Shown here: positions 56,667 through 64,000 of the stretch, in pieces
Layout: each line of letters starts with the position of its first letter
Numbering within the stretch: position 1 is the stretch's first letter
Assembly (NCBI GenBank): GCA_047636995.1
Contig: JBLIGQ010000012.1
Location: 5,797 to 69,796 of the forward strand
DNA: 64,000 nucleotides
Direction: 5' to 3'
From: Flavobacteriales bacterium
GTDB lineage: Bacteria > Bacteroidota > Bacteroidia > Flavobacteriales_D > Sanyastnellaceae
The notes under the pieces: generated by a model
What the model was told of the DNA's origin: nothing
Database searches by the model: none
Seen by the model: the letters and a program-made list of their open reading frames with translations, nothing else
Position numbers and translations under genes: made by a program

Positions 56667-57100
56667 TGCCCTAAGAAGAAATTATTGAAAGTGGCTTCTC
56701 TGCGGCTGTCACTATTCGTCCTAACAAATAACACGAGAAAAACCTGAGTATTTCCCTTTGGCTTAGTTTGGGAATATTTGCTTTAGTGGTCATCTCCCTT
56801 CTGCTAACGTTCTTTATACTGAATAGAGGCTTTCGCGGATATGATGCCCACCTTGAGCTTTTTGAAATGCCCTATATATTCAGCGCAATTGCGGGTCTGA
56901 TTTCAGCGGCTGTGAACATTATTTCTTCTTGACCGATTTGCGAAATCAGTATTGAACATCATGCTATTTATTGCAGTGACTTTAACTTTTGCTGCCATCT
57001 CAATGGTCAAGAAATCAAACAAAATAAAAATTTTCTGTGCCGAAAAGAACAAGGAGAAGAGATTACGCCAAAATTGATCGCTGCACCCTAAACTTCCTTG

Positions 57101-57379
57101 TTACTGACCGAAAGGAGTTGCCGTAGCCGGGTCTGGCATATTGATGGCCTCCACCCCTTTTATATCAGGAGCAGCAGCCTTGATCGCTTCTTCAATGCCC
57201 GCCTTCATGGTCATCATACTCATTGAGCAAGTTGAACAGGCTCCATGGAGCTCTACAATCACCCGCTTATCTTCTGTTACTTCTACAAGTGTGATGTTTC
57301 CACCATCAGCTTCTAAGTAGGGACGAAGCGTTGCCAGTGAGGCGAGAACCTTTTCTTCGAGTTGTGCGTGTGTTGTCAT
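57101..57379 (-). CDS. NifU C-terminal domain (Nfu-type) Fe-S cluster carrier
   Basis: YLEADGGNITLVEV....VELHGACSTCSMSMMTMKAGIEEAI (CxxC). Confidence 0.85.
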   Translation of the reverse strand: MTTHAQLEEKVLASLATLRPYLEADGGNITLVEVTEDKRVIVELHGACSTCSMSMMTMKAGIEEAIKAAAPDIKGVEAINMPDPATATPFGQ

Positions 57380-58503
57380 GAGCCTGGATACTGCATCTTA
57401 ACGTCAACAGTCTGAGTAGCGGGTTTACTTGCTGCGCGAATGTTGACTTGTTTCACAAAGTTACCAATAATGTTGTTAAACGCCTCAGCGGCAGGAGTTC
57501 CTTCTTGCAAAACAGCTGGTCTCCCTACGTCTGCTGCTTCACGGATGCTTTGGATGATTGGTAATTCTCCTAAAAACGGAATGGAAAGGTTCTCTGCTAA
57601 CAAACGCGCACCGTCTTTTCCGAAGAGATAGTACTTATTATCTGGAAGCTCTGGCGGACTGAAATAAGACATGTTTTCAATCATTCCAAGCACGGGAACG
57701 TTGATGCTGTCTAACTGAAACATGGCAACGCCTTTCTTCGCGTCAGCTAATGCCACCTCTTGTGGAGTTGATACAATAATAGCGCCTGTCAATGGAACCG
57801 TCTGAACCAAAGACAAGTGAATGTCACCCGTTCCGGGAGGAAGGTCAACAATCATGTAATCTAAATCACCCCAATAAGCATCATTGAACAACTGCGTCAG
57901 TGCCTTCGTTGCCATTGCTCCTCTCCAAACGATGGCCTGAGATGCATCAGCAAAAAAGCCAATGGAAAGTACTTTTACTCCATAAGCACGAAGCGGCTCT
58001 ATGTATTGTTTGCCGTCAATCTCAACCGCTCGTGGCTTGTCATGAGCTAAGTCGAACATAGTTGGAGCGCTTGGTCCGTAGATGTCTGCATCTACTAATC
58101 CTACGGTGAAACCTTGCTGCGCCAAGCCGGCTGCTATATTCGCTGCTACAGTAGATTTACCAACGCCTCCTTTCCCTGAAGCTACAGCAACGATGTGCTT
58201 AACCCCTGGAAGGGTTCTGCGTGTCTCGTTCGTCTGCTCTTCTTTTGGAAGTGCAATGGCAGTTACTTCTACAGCAATGTGATCTCCAAAAGTGCGTTCT
58301 AAGGCGAAAGCACAAGCATCTTCCATCCGCTTTCTGCTGTGCAGCGCCGGATTGCTCACTTTGACTGTGAAACTAACTTTGGCTTCTGACACCTTAAGCT
58401 CGTCTACCAAATTCAACCCAATGATGTCCTTCTTCAAATCAGGCTCCATTACCTTTCCTAAGGCATCCAAAACATTTTCTCTGTTCAAATCCAACTTGTC
58501 CAT
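57376..58503 (-). CDS. Mrp/NBP35/ApbC family Fe-S cluster carrier ATPase
   Basis: N-terminal DUF59-like domain. Deviant Walker A VASGKGGVGKSTVAAN. DLPPGTGD. It has a 4-nt overlap with the Nfu-type gene. Confidence 0.9.
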   Translation of the reverse strand: MDKLDLNRENVLDALGKVMEPDLKKDIIGLNLVDELKVSEAKVSFTVKVSNPALHSRKRMEDACAFALERTFGDHIAVEVTAIALPKEEQTNETRRTLPGVKHIVAVASGKGGVGKSTVAANIAAGLAQQGFTVGLVDADIYGPSAPTMFDLAHDKPRAVEIDGKQYIEPLRAYGVKVLSIGFFADASQAIVWRGAMATKALTQLFNDAYWGDLDYMIVDLPPGTGDIHLSLVQTVPLTGAIIVSTPQEVALADAKKGVAMFQLDSINVPVLGMIENMSYFSPPELPDNKYYLFGKDGARLLAENLSIPFLGELPIIQSIREAADVGRPAVLQEGTPAAEAFNNIIGNFVKQVNIRAASKPATQTVDVKMQYPGS

Positions 58504-58515
58504 ACTGTAAAGGTA

Positions 58516-58857
58516 CTAATCAGTTAAGCCCAATTCGACTATTGGGTCCCAAAAGAGTTCATCAAATTTTTCAATGCGATCTCGCATTACTTTAACACCT
58601 TCCTTCTCCAATAGTTCTTGCATCTTCGTTGGAGTTTCAAAGCTCATCCTCCCGCTCAATACACCAAGTCTATTTACAACTCTATGTGCAGGAACTGAAG
58701 GTATGGTGCTGAACGATGAGTTCATGGCCCACCCTACCATTCGGGCTGATTTTGCCGAACCCAAATACTTTGCAATGGCACCGTAGCTCGTTACACGTCC
58801 CTCAGGAATCAAACGTGTTACCTCCAGTACATCTTGAAAGAAATTGGGTTCAGCCAT
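58516..58857 (-). CDS. MGMT-family alkyltransferase-like (ATL) protein lacking the acceptor cysteine
   Basis: IPEGRVTSYGAIAKYLG....ARMVGWAM and PAHRVVN occur where O6-alkylguanine transferases carry PCHRV. Start at MAEPNFF (58857). Confidence 0.75.
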   Translation of the reverse strand: MAEPNFFQDVLEVTRLIPEGRVTSYGAIAKYLGSAKSARMVGWAMNSSFSTIPSVPAHRVVNRLGVLSGRMSFETPTKMQELLEKEGVKVMRDRIEKFDELFWDPIVELGLTD

Positions 58858-58859
58858 TG

Positions 58860-59543
58860 TTAGATTTGAATGCGCAAGAATTTTATTTTCTTTCCTTCTT
58901 CCAACCACCGCTTTTCATAATAAGTTTTGATGTTCAAGATTTCACGCATCTCATCGTCCACCTCATTCACCAACTTACCATACACGTCATCTGAATTCAT
59001 AAGCATTGTGTACCCCTTCTCCATGTATTGATCTCGTGACCATTCATAGAGCAAGGTGCTATCTGTCTTTACATTAATGAGGCTCCCGGGCTTGAGTAAT
59101 TTCTTGTACCGATCAATGAACCGTGGTCCCGTAATGCGCTTTGAACCTTTGTCATCTTTCGGTTGCGGATCTGAAAACGTGATCCAAAGTTCATCTACTT
59201 CATCTTGGGCGAAAGAATTATTGATGAACTCCAGTCGCGTGCGAAGGAAAGCCACATTCTTCAATCCTTCTTCGTTAGAAGTCTTTGCTCCACGCCAAAA
59301 ACGATGGCCTTTGATGTCAATCCCTATAAAGTTACGTTCAGGGTATTTGCGGGCAAGTGCAACAGTGTATTCTCCTTTCCCACATCCGAGCTCAAGCGTA
59401 ATCGGATTGTCATTCTCAAACACCTCACTATGCCAAATGCCCTTGTTGAACTCCTGTCCATTTATGATGTCTTGCATGGTGGGTTCAAAAACGTGACCGA
59501 ACGTCCTATTTTCATTCCATTTATAAAGCTTTCCTTTGCCCAT
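58860..59543 (-). CDS. trmB: tRNA (guanine46-N7)-methyltransferase
   Basis: LELGCGKGEYTVALARKYPERNFIGIDIKG, ITFSDPQPK and KTD blocks typical of TrmB. Confidence 0.85.
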   Translation of the reverse strand: MGKGKLYKWNENRTFGHVFEPTMQDIINGQEFNKGIWHSEVFENDNPITLELGCGKGEYTVALARKYPERNFIGIDIKGHRFWRGAKTSNEEGLKNVAFLRTRLEFINNSFAQDEVDELWITFSDPQPKDDKGSKRITGPRFIDRYKKLLKPGSLINVKTDSTLLYEWSRDQYMEKGYTMLMNSDDVYGKLVNEVDDEMREILNIKTYYEKRWLEEGKKIKFLRIQI

Positions 59544-59589
59544 GGCCTTTTACTACATTAAGGGGGCTAATTTAGCCTAAATTCGTGGC

Positions 59590-60639
59590 ATGGGAAGACC
59601 AAAAATACTCTTCGCTATTCTTGATTGGGGATTAGGGCATGCTTCGCGAAGCGCACCCTTGATTCAACACCTTGAAGATGCAGGTGCAGAGGTCTTTATT
59701 GCTTCTAGCGGAAACGCAGGTGCCTGGCTTAAAACACATTTCCCGAAGCTCAACCACCTCAACAAACCGGGCATCTACATTGCCTATTCCAAACGCTTCA
59801 CCTCCCTGCGCATCGCCATGCAAGGCAGTGCATTTTTAAAGAATGTGGTTGAAGAACAGAAGTGGATTCAAGCAAAGCAGGACGAAGAAAAATATGATCT
59901 TATTCTGAGTGACAACTGCTATGGCATCTTTCTGAAAGAGGTACCTTCTATCCTCGTCTCTCACCAATTGAATTTGCCGTTACCGAAGATTGTGAAGCAA
60001 GCAACAAACAAAACCTTCAATCAGCTTTTTGACGGATTCCAAGAAGTATGGGTTCCTGACACTGAAGAGAATGCCTTGTCTGGAAAACTCTCAGAAAACA
60101 AAGATGAAGGTAGCAAAGTAAAATATATTGGTCCCCTGTCAAATCTGAAGCCGGAAGCCCAATTAGTGAGCCCGCTAATTGTAGGAATGGTTTCGGGCCC
60201 CGAACCGCATCGGACCATCATGCAAGAGGCACTGGAAAGTTTGTTTATACATCAAAAAGAAGAATCCGTAATCATTGGAGGAGTTCCTGGCAAAGAAGGC
60301 GAACTTAAAAACAATGTGCGGTTTATTTTCGACCCAAATCCTACTGAATTAACCGAGATCCTTCAAAATGCACGACTGATTATCTGTAGGTCTGGTTATT
60401 CCAGTTTGATGGATCTGGTCTCACTTCAAAAAAGCGCCATTTTAATTCCAACTCCTGACCAGCGTGAACAGGAATATTTGGCCAAATATTGGAGCAAAAA
60501 GTATGGATTCATGACCTTGCACCAACGAGCGTTGTTGTATTTAAACATGCCACCTCAAGCACCGGGCGTGCCTCCTAAACTTGATGTAAACTTAGATGCG
60601 TTTGCGCACTTAGATCGTGTTCTAGCTTCAATCAATTAA
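59590..60639 (+). CDS. GT-B fold glycosyltransferase (MurG/UDP-glucuronosyltransferase-like family)
   Basis: ILFAILDWGLGHASRSAPLIQHL N-terminus. C-terminal ICRSGYSSLMDL....ILIPTPDQREQ nucleotide-sugar binding pattern. Confidence 0.6.
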   Translation: MGRPKILFAILDWGLGHASRSAPLIQHLEDAGAEVFIASSGNAGAWLKTHFPKLNHLNKPGIYIAYSKRFTSLRIAMQGSAFLKNVVEEQKWIQAKQDEEKYDLILSDNCYGIFLKEVPSILVSHQLNLPLPKIVKQATNKTFNQLFDGFQEVWVPDTEENALSGKLSENKDEGSKVKYIGPLSNLKPEAQLVSPLIVGMVSGPEPHRTIMQEALESLFIHQKEESVIIGGVPGKEGELKNNVRFIFDPNPTELTEILQNARLIICRSGYSSLMDLVSLQKSAILIPTPDQREQEYLAKYWSKKYGFMTLHQRALLYLNMPPQAPGVPPKLDVNLDAFAHLDRVLASIN

Positions 60640-60787
60640 TTACAAAGCGTTCTCTCATAATCTCAAATCGTTTAACAATCTAACGGCATAGGAATAACTA
60701 TATCCTTCATCGGTTGGTTCCATTAGCCATTTGCTAAGCTCTAGCAAGACGCATAAACACTCTACCTCCAAGTTGCTAACATCCTGA
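60632..60787 (-). pseudogene. Decayed remnant of a T9SS C-terminal domain from a third paralogue of the downstream gene family
   Basis: The minus strand ends gagattatgagagaacgctttgtaattaattga = EIMRERFVIN*. Paralogue ends read gagattcgaacagaacgctttgtgattaattga = EIRTERFVIN*. An in-frame stop and a frame change lie about 15 codons upstream. Further upstream, ECLCVLLELSKWLMEPT aligns by eye with EALVRVLDANGKLMLET. Confidence 0.6.
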
Positions 60788-61401
60788 CGGCCTTGTCTTC
60801 CGCCCCGCAGAAGCTCAAACTGAAAATCCGCAATCGTAATCCATGTTTGACCGCAGGGAGTTTGGATGAAGATAGGATTGAAGTTTAGCGCTTCAAGGAA
60901 AGAAGACACAGCCTTGATTTTTGATCCACCGCTTCCCACGAGCTGAGCTCGTGGCTACTACACTCAATCGAGGCCATGTTAAATCTCGCAAATAGAGAAC
61001 CTCCAATCAACTACAATCCCATTCGGCCTTGTCTTCTGCCCCGTAGAAGCTCAAACTGAAAATCCGCAATCGTAATCCATGTTTGACCGCAGGGAGTTTG
61101 GATGAAGATAGGATTGAAGTTTAGCGCTTCAAGGAAAGAAGACACAGCCTTGATTTTTGATCCACCTCTTCCCACGAGCTGAGCTCGTGGCTACTAAAAC
61201 CAATCGAGGCCATGTTAAATCTCGTAAATTGAGAACCAACAATCAACTACAATCCCCTTCGGCCTTGTCTTCTGCCCCGTAGAAGCTCAAACTGAAAATC
61301 CGCAATCGAAATCCATGTTTGACCGCAGGGAGTTTGGATGAAGATAGGATTGAAGTTTAGCGCTTCAAGGAAAGAAGACACAGCCTTGATTTTTGATCCA
61401 C
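60788..61401. repeat. Tandem repeat: 236-nt unit x 2.6 copies (starts 60788, 61024, 61260)
   Basis: Hand alignment shows a 142-nt core that is identical apart from 3 positions across the three copies. The 94-nt linker, present in copies 1 and 2, has about 10 differences. The third copy stops after the core at gatccac. Confidence 0.9.
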
Positions 61402-61470
61402 TTTGTATCAAGACAAAGTGGAAAAAGATAAAAAGTCGATATACGTAATGGTTTGAGCTGAATAACCCGT

Positions 61471-63138
61471 TCAATTAATCACAAAGCGTTCTGTTCGAAT
61501 CTCTGCTTGCTGCTTTACTTGCAAGAGGTAAGCCCCAGCTGGCAATCCTTTCAACTGCAGTTTGATCAGGGGCGAATCTGCTCCCATTTCCGTCTCCAAC
61601 ATCAGTTTTCCATTGGCATCTAGCACCCGAACCAAAGCTTCGCCCGATTCAAAAAGTAAAAAGTTCAACGCTCCATCTGCGGCTACAGGATTTCCGAGGA
61701 GGGTGATGTGTTTCGTCTCTACTTCTTCGTTCACAATCTCAATGCTAGCTCTTTCTTCAGCGGTTAAATTCGTTAAATCAATGGTTCCGCCCTGGTTGTA
61801 TACAAGCAGTTTGGTCTGTCCTTCTGATAAATCTTCCAGTTTCGCGAATTCAGAAAAACTAAGCTTAGCCCCTTCTTTTAAGGTCATTACTGCAGGAACA
61901 AACTCCGTATCCAACTCATGATGGACAAGCAGCATTTTTCCATCAAAGTAAAGATGTGCATTGGGTTCTAGCAGAATATTGGAACCACCGTGAAGGGCGA
62001 ACATGCCCTGACCTACTTGTCCGTAACGAAGGCCATTTTCAGAGATGAGCATATGGCTGCCGCCGTTCAGCTGCATGCAGGCTCTGCCTCCTTGGAAATC
62101 GAATTCCCCACTGCGGTGCTCATAACTCCAGCCTTTTTGGATAATCAATTCGAAGTACCCATTAAAACAGATCGTTGCCCCCTCATTAATTACATTCAAG
62201 TTATGCCTTAAAGTCTCTTCTCCTTCAACAAGTTCCCCACGAAAAAAAGTAAACGGATGCATGGTGTAGGTGTCCAACTCTCCGAAATACACTTCAATCG
62301 ATTGTTGAGTTGATGCGTTCTCAAATGGATAAAAATCGATGTAAGACAAATTGTTTTCAGAGGGATATCCCCCTGCATCATGGAAGAATATATAGTCGGT
62401 ACTTCCTTCTGCAGTGTAGTCCTGAAACTCGAATCCCACAGGACCCTCCCACCAATCCAAACTACCGTTGGATACTTCAGAAAACTCATCTCGCGTCCCT
62501 ATCTTGAATAAATCCAGTATGGCTGTCTCTGAGCCTTCTTCGAACATAAACTTCATGACCAAATCAGCCAATGTGTGCGGCTGAAATGACTCTGTTGGAA
62601 TGCACATCGCAATGCCAGCAAAAATAGTCAATGGACCTGTATCTATAGTTGACGGCATAAGTGCAAACTCCTGTTGCCAAATGCGTGTATTGAACCCTAC
62701 TCCATCTTCAGAAGGAATCTGAATTTCAATTTCCATACCACAGCACAATCCGTTTGAACAGTAATCTTGATTCCCAAAATCAATTAACGGTACTCCTTCT
62801 AAATCCCAACTTTCTCCAAAACTGAACATGGTATAAGAAGCGTATGGAATCTCAAATTCAATGTCAACTAAGCGAACGAAAACAGGCCTCGTTAAATCTG
62901 CACCTGATAGCTCTAGCCCGCCATCTATCCATTGAATGCAAGTGGTTGGATCAATTTCCCCATCCTGCGTATTGTCAAGCGTCTGGTATGCTATGAAGTG
63001 TTCTGGACGAAGGATGTTATTTCCAGCGCCGCATGTATCTTCTACGGAAGGATTAAAACTAATGTTTTCAAATATGTCGTCCTGAGCAATGACAGAAGAT
63101 GCAAAAGCAACTAACAAGGAAAGGAAAGATAATTTCAT
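61471..63138 (-). CDS. Secreted protein of unknown function with T9SS type-A C-terminal sorting domain (paralogue A)
   Basis: Signal peptide MKLSFLSLLVAFASSVIAQ from ATG 63138. CTD LLGNPVAADGALNFLLFESGEALVRVLDANGKLM...LPAGAYLLQVKQQAEIRTERFVIN. No family recognised for the ~470-aa body. Confidence 0.75.
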   Translation of the reverse strand: MKLSFLSLLVAFASSVIAQDDIFENISFNPSVEDTCGAGNNILRPEHFIAYQTLDNTQDGEIDPTTCIQWIDGGLELSGADLTRPVFVRLVDIEFEIPYASYTMFSFGESWDLEGVPLIDFGNQDYCSNGLCCGMEIEIQIPSEDGVGFNTRIWQQEFALMPSTIDTGPLTIFAGIAMCIPTESFQPHTLADLVMKFMFEEGSETAILDLFKIGTRDEFSEVSNGSLDWWEGPVGFEFQDYTAEGSTDYIFFHDAGGYPSENNLSYIDFYPFENASTQQSIEVYFGELDTYTMHPFTFFRGELVEGEETLRHNLNVINEGATICFNGYFELIIQKGWSYEHRSGEFDFQGGRACMQLNGGSHMLISENGLRYGQVGQGMFALHGGSNILLEPNAHLYFDGKMLLVHHELDTEFVPAVMTLKEGAKLSFSEFAKLEDLSEGQTKLLVYNQGGTIDLTNLTAEERASIEIVNEEVETKHITLLGNPVAADGALNFLLFESGEALVRVLDANGKLMLETEMGADSPLIKLQLKGLPAGAYLLQVKQQAEIRTERFVIN

Positions 63139-63146
63139 GGCTTTTA

Positions 63147-64000
63147 TCAATTAATCACAAATCGTTCTGTTCGAATCTCTGCTTGCTGCTTTACTTGCAA
63201 GAGGTAAGCCCCAGCTGGTAATCCTTTCAACTGCAGTTTGATCAGGGGCGAATCTGTTCCCATCTCTCTCTCCAACATCAGTTTTCCATTGGCATCTAGC
63301 ACCCGAACCAAAGCTTCGCCCGATTCAAAAAGTAAAAAGTTCAACGCTCCATCTGCGGCTACCGGATTCCCTAAGACGGTGATGTGTTTCGTCTCTACTT
63401 CTTCGTTCACAATCTCAATGCTGGCTCTTTCTTCAGCGGTTAAATTCGTTAAATCAATTTCGCCCCCTTGGTTGCGAATCAAGAGCTTCGTCTTTCCTCC
63501 TGTGAGGTTTTCTAGCTTCGCGAATTCACTAAACGTAAGCTTCGCCCCAGGCTTTAAGGTCATCACCACGGGCACAAAATCCGTATCCCATTCATGGCTA
63601 GCAAGTAACATCTTTCCATCAAAGTGGAGGTAAGCATTTGGTTCTAGAACAATATTTGATCCGCCATAAAGCGCGAACATGCCTTGGCCTACTTGTCCGT
63701 AACGAAGGCCGTTTTCTGAAACTGACATGTTGCTGCCTCCGTTCAATTGCAAACATGCACTGCCTCCTTGGAAATCGAATGCGCCACTTTCGTGGATGTA
63801 ACTCCAACCTTTTTGAATGATAACATCGTAATGCGTATTGAAACAAATTAAGGCGCCAAGATTGATAATACTAAGATTGTGTCGCAAAGAATCTTCCCCC
63901 TCTACCAATGCGCCTCTGAAATAAGTGTGGGGTTCAGATGTAAAAGTGGAATGCTCATCAAACACGATGGATATGGTCTGCTGTTCACTTGGATTTGTAA
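63147..64000 (-). CDS. Paralogue B of the T9SS cargo protein (N-terminus beyond the right edge)
   Basis: The frame stays open upstream of the track's GTG (..TNPSEQQTISIVFDEHSTF..) and aligns with residues ~280-555 of paralogue A. Its stop lies 8 nt before the start of paralogue A. Confidence 0.75.
   Translation of the reverse strand, partial: TNPSEQQTISIVFDEHSTFTSEPHTYFRGALVEGEDSLRHNLSIINLGALICFNTHYDVIIQKGWSYIHESGAFDFQGGSACLQLNGGSNMSVSENGLRYGQVGQGMFALYGGSNIVLEPNAYLHFDGKMLLASHEWDTDFVPVVMTLKPGAKLTFSEFAKLENLTGGKTKLLIRNQGGEIDLTNLTAEERASIEIVNEEVETKHITVLGNPVAADGALNFLLFESGEALVRVLDANGKLMLEREMGTDSPLIKLQLKGLPAGAYLLQVKQQAEIRTERFVIN

Noticed and set aside
60788-61401. The tandem repeat might be a CRISPR array.
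   Set aside because: The whole 236-nt unit, including the would-be spacer, is repeated. The unit is far longer than CRISPR repeats. No cas genes are present.
61471-63456. The near-identical 3' ends of the two paralogues might be a diversity-generating retroelement (template/variable repeat pair).
   Set aside because: The dozen mismatches involve all base types rather than adenine-specific substitutions. The repeat covers a sorting domain rather than a ligand-binding tip. No reverse transcriptase gene is visible in the window.

Overview
Compact, gene-dense chromosomal segment with about 60 CDS and 2 tRNAs. I found no rRNA, CRISPR array, transposase or integrase. It looks like a Bacteroidota (Flavobacteriia-like) genome: it has T9SS type-A and type-B C-terminal sorting domains, DUF4249/DUF4834/YfhO-type families, TTG-N19-TAnnTTTG promoters at the tRNAs, and many 4-nt start/stop and stop/stop overlaps. 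Most of the content is housekeeping. This includes sucC, a MarR-headed beta-oxidation operon (fadB/fadA/fadE-like), an M42 peptidase, two TonB-dependent receptors, a LytS/LytTR pair, a YfhO membrane cluster and waaA. It also includes a nucleotide-sugar precursor cluster (DegT aminotransferase, ugd, UDP-GlcA decarboxylase, acetyltransferase, WbpO-like dehydrogenase, rfbB, CpsB phosphatase), ferredoxin/FNR, Nfu/Mrp Fe-S carriers and trmB. Three regions stand out. (1) 14.8-21.9 kb holds a tightly coupled five-gene operon: an orphan Rv1355c-type E1-like adenylyltransferase, a GNAT-fold protein, a 7TMR-DISM sensor kinase, a REC-kinase hybrid and a single REC. It is transcribed divergently from a pseudo-receiver/pseudo-kinase pair. 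This is my best candidate for an undescribed signal-synthesis/sensing module, but the function is inference only. (2) 60.6-64.0 kb holds an array of T9SS cargo paralogues with a sharp identity boundary, a decayed third C-terminal domain, and a 236-nt unit repeated 2.6 times in tandem. The unit has an inverted-repeat-bounded core and a 19-nt palindrome. (3) 10.7-12.5 kb holds a 600-bp ORF-free tract followed by a twice-frameshifted T9SS type-B cargo gene. All family assignments come from motif reading by eye; no database search was run.
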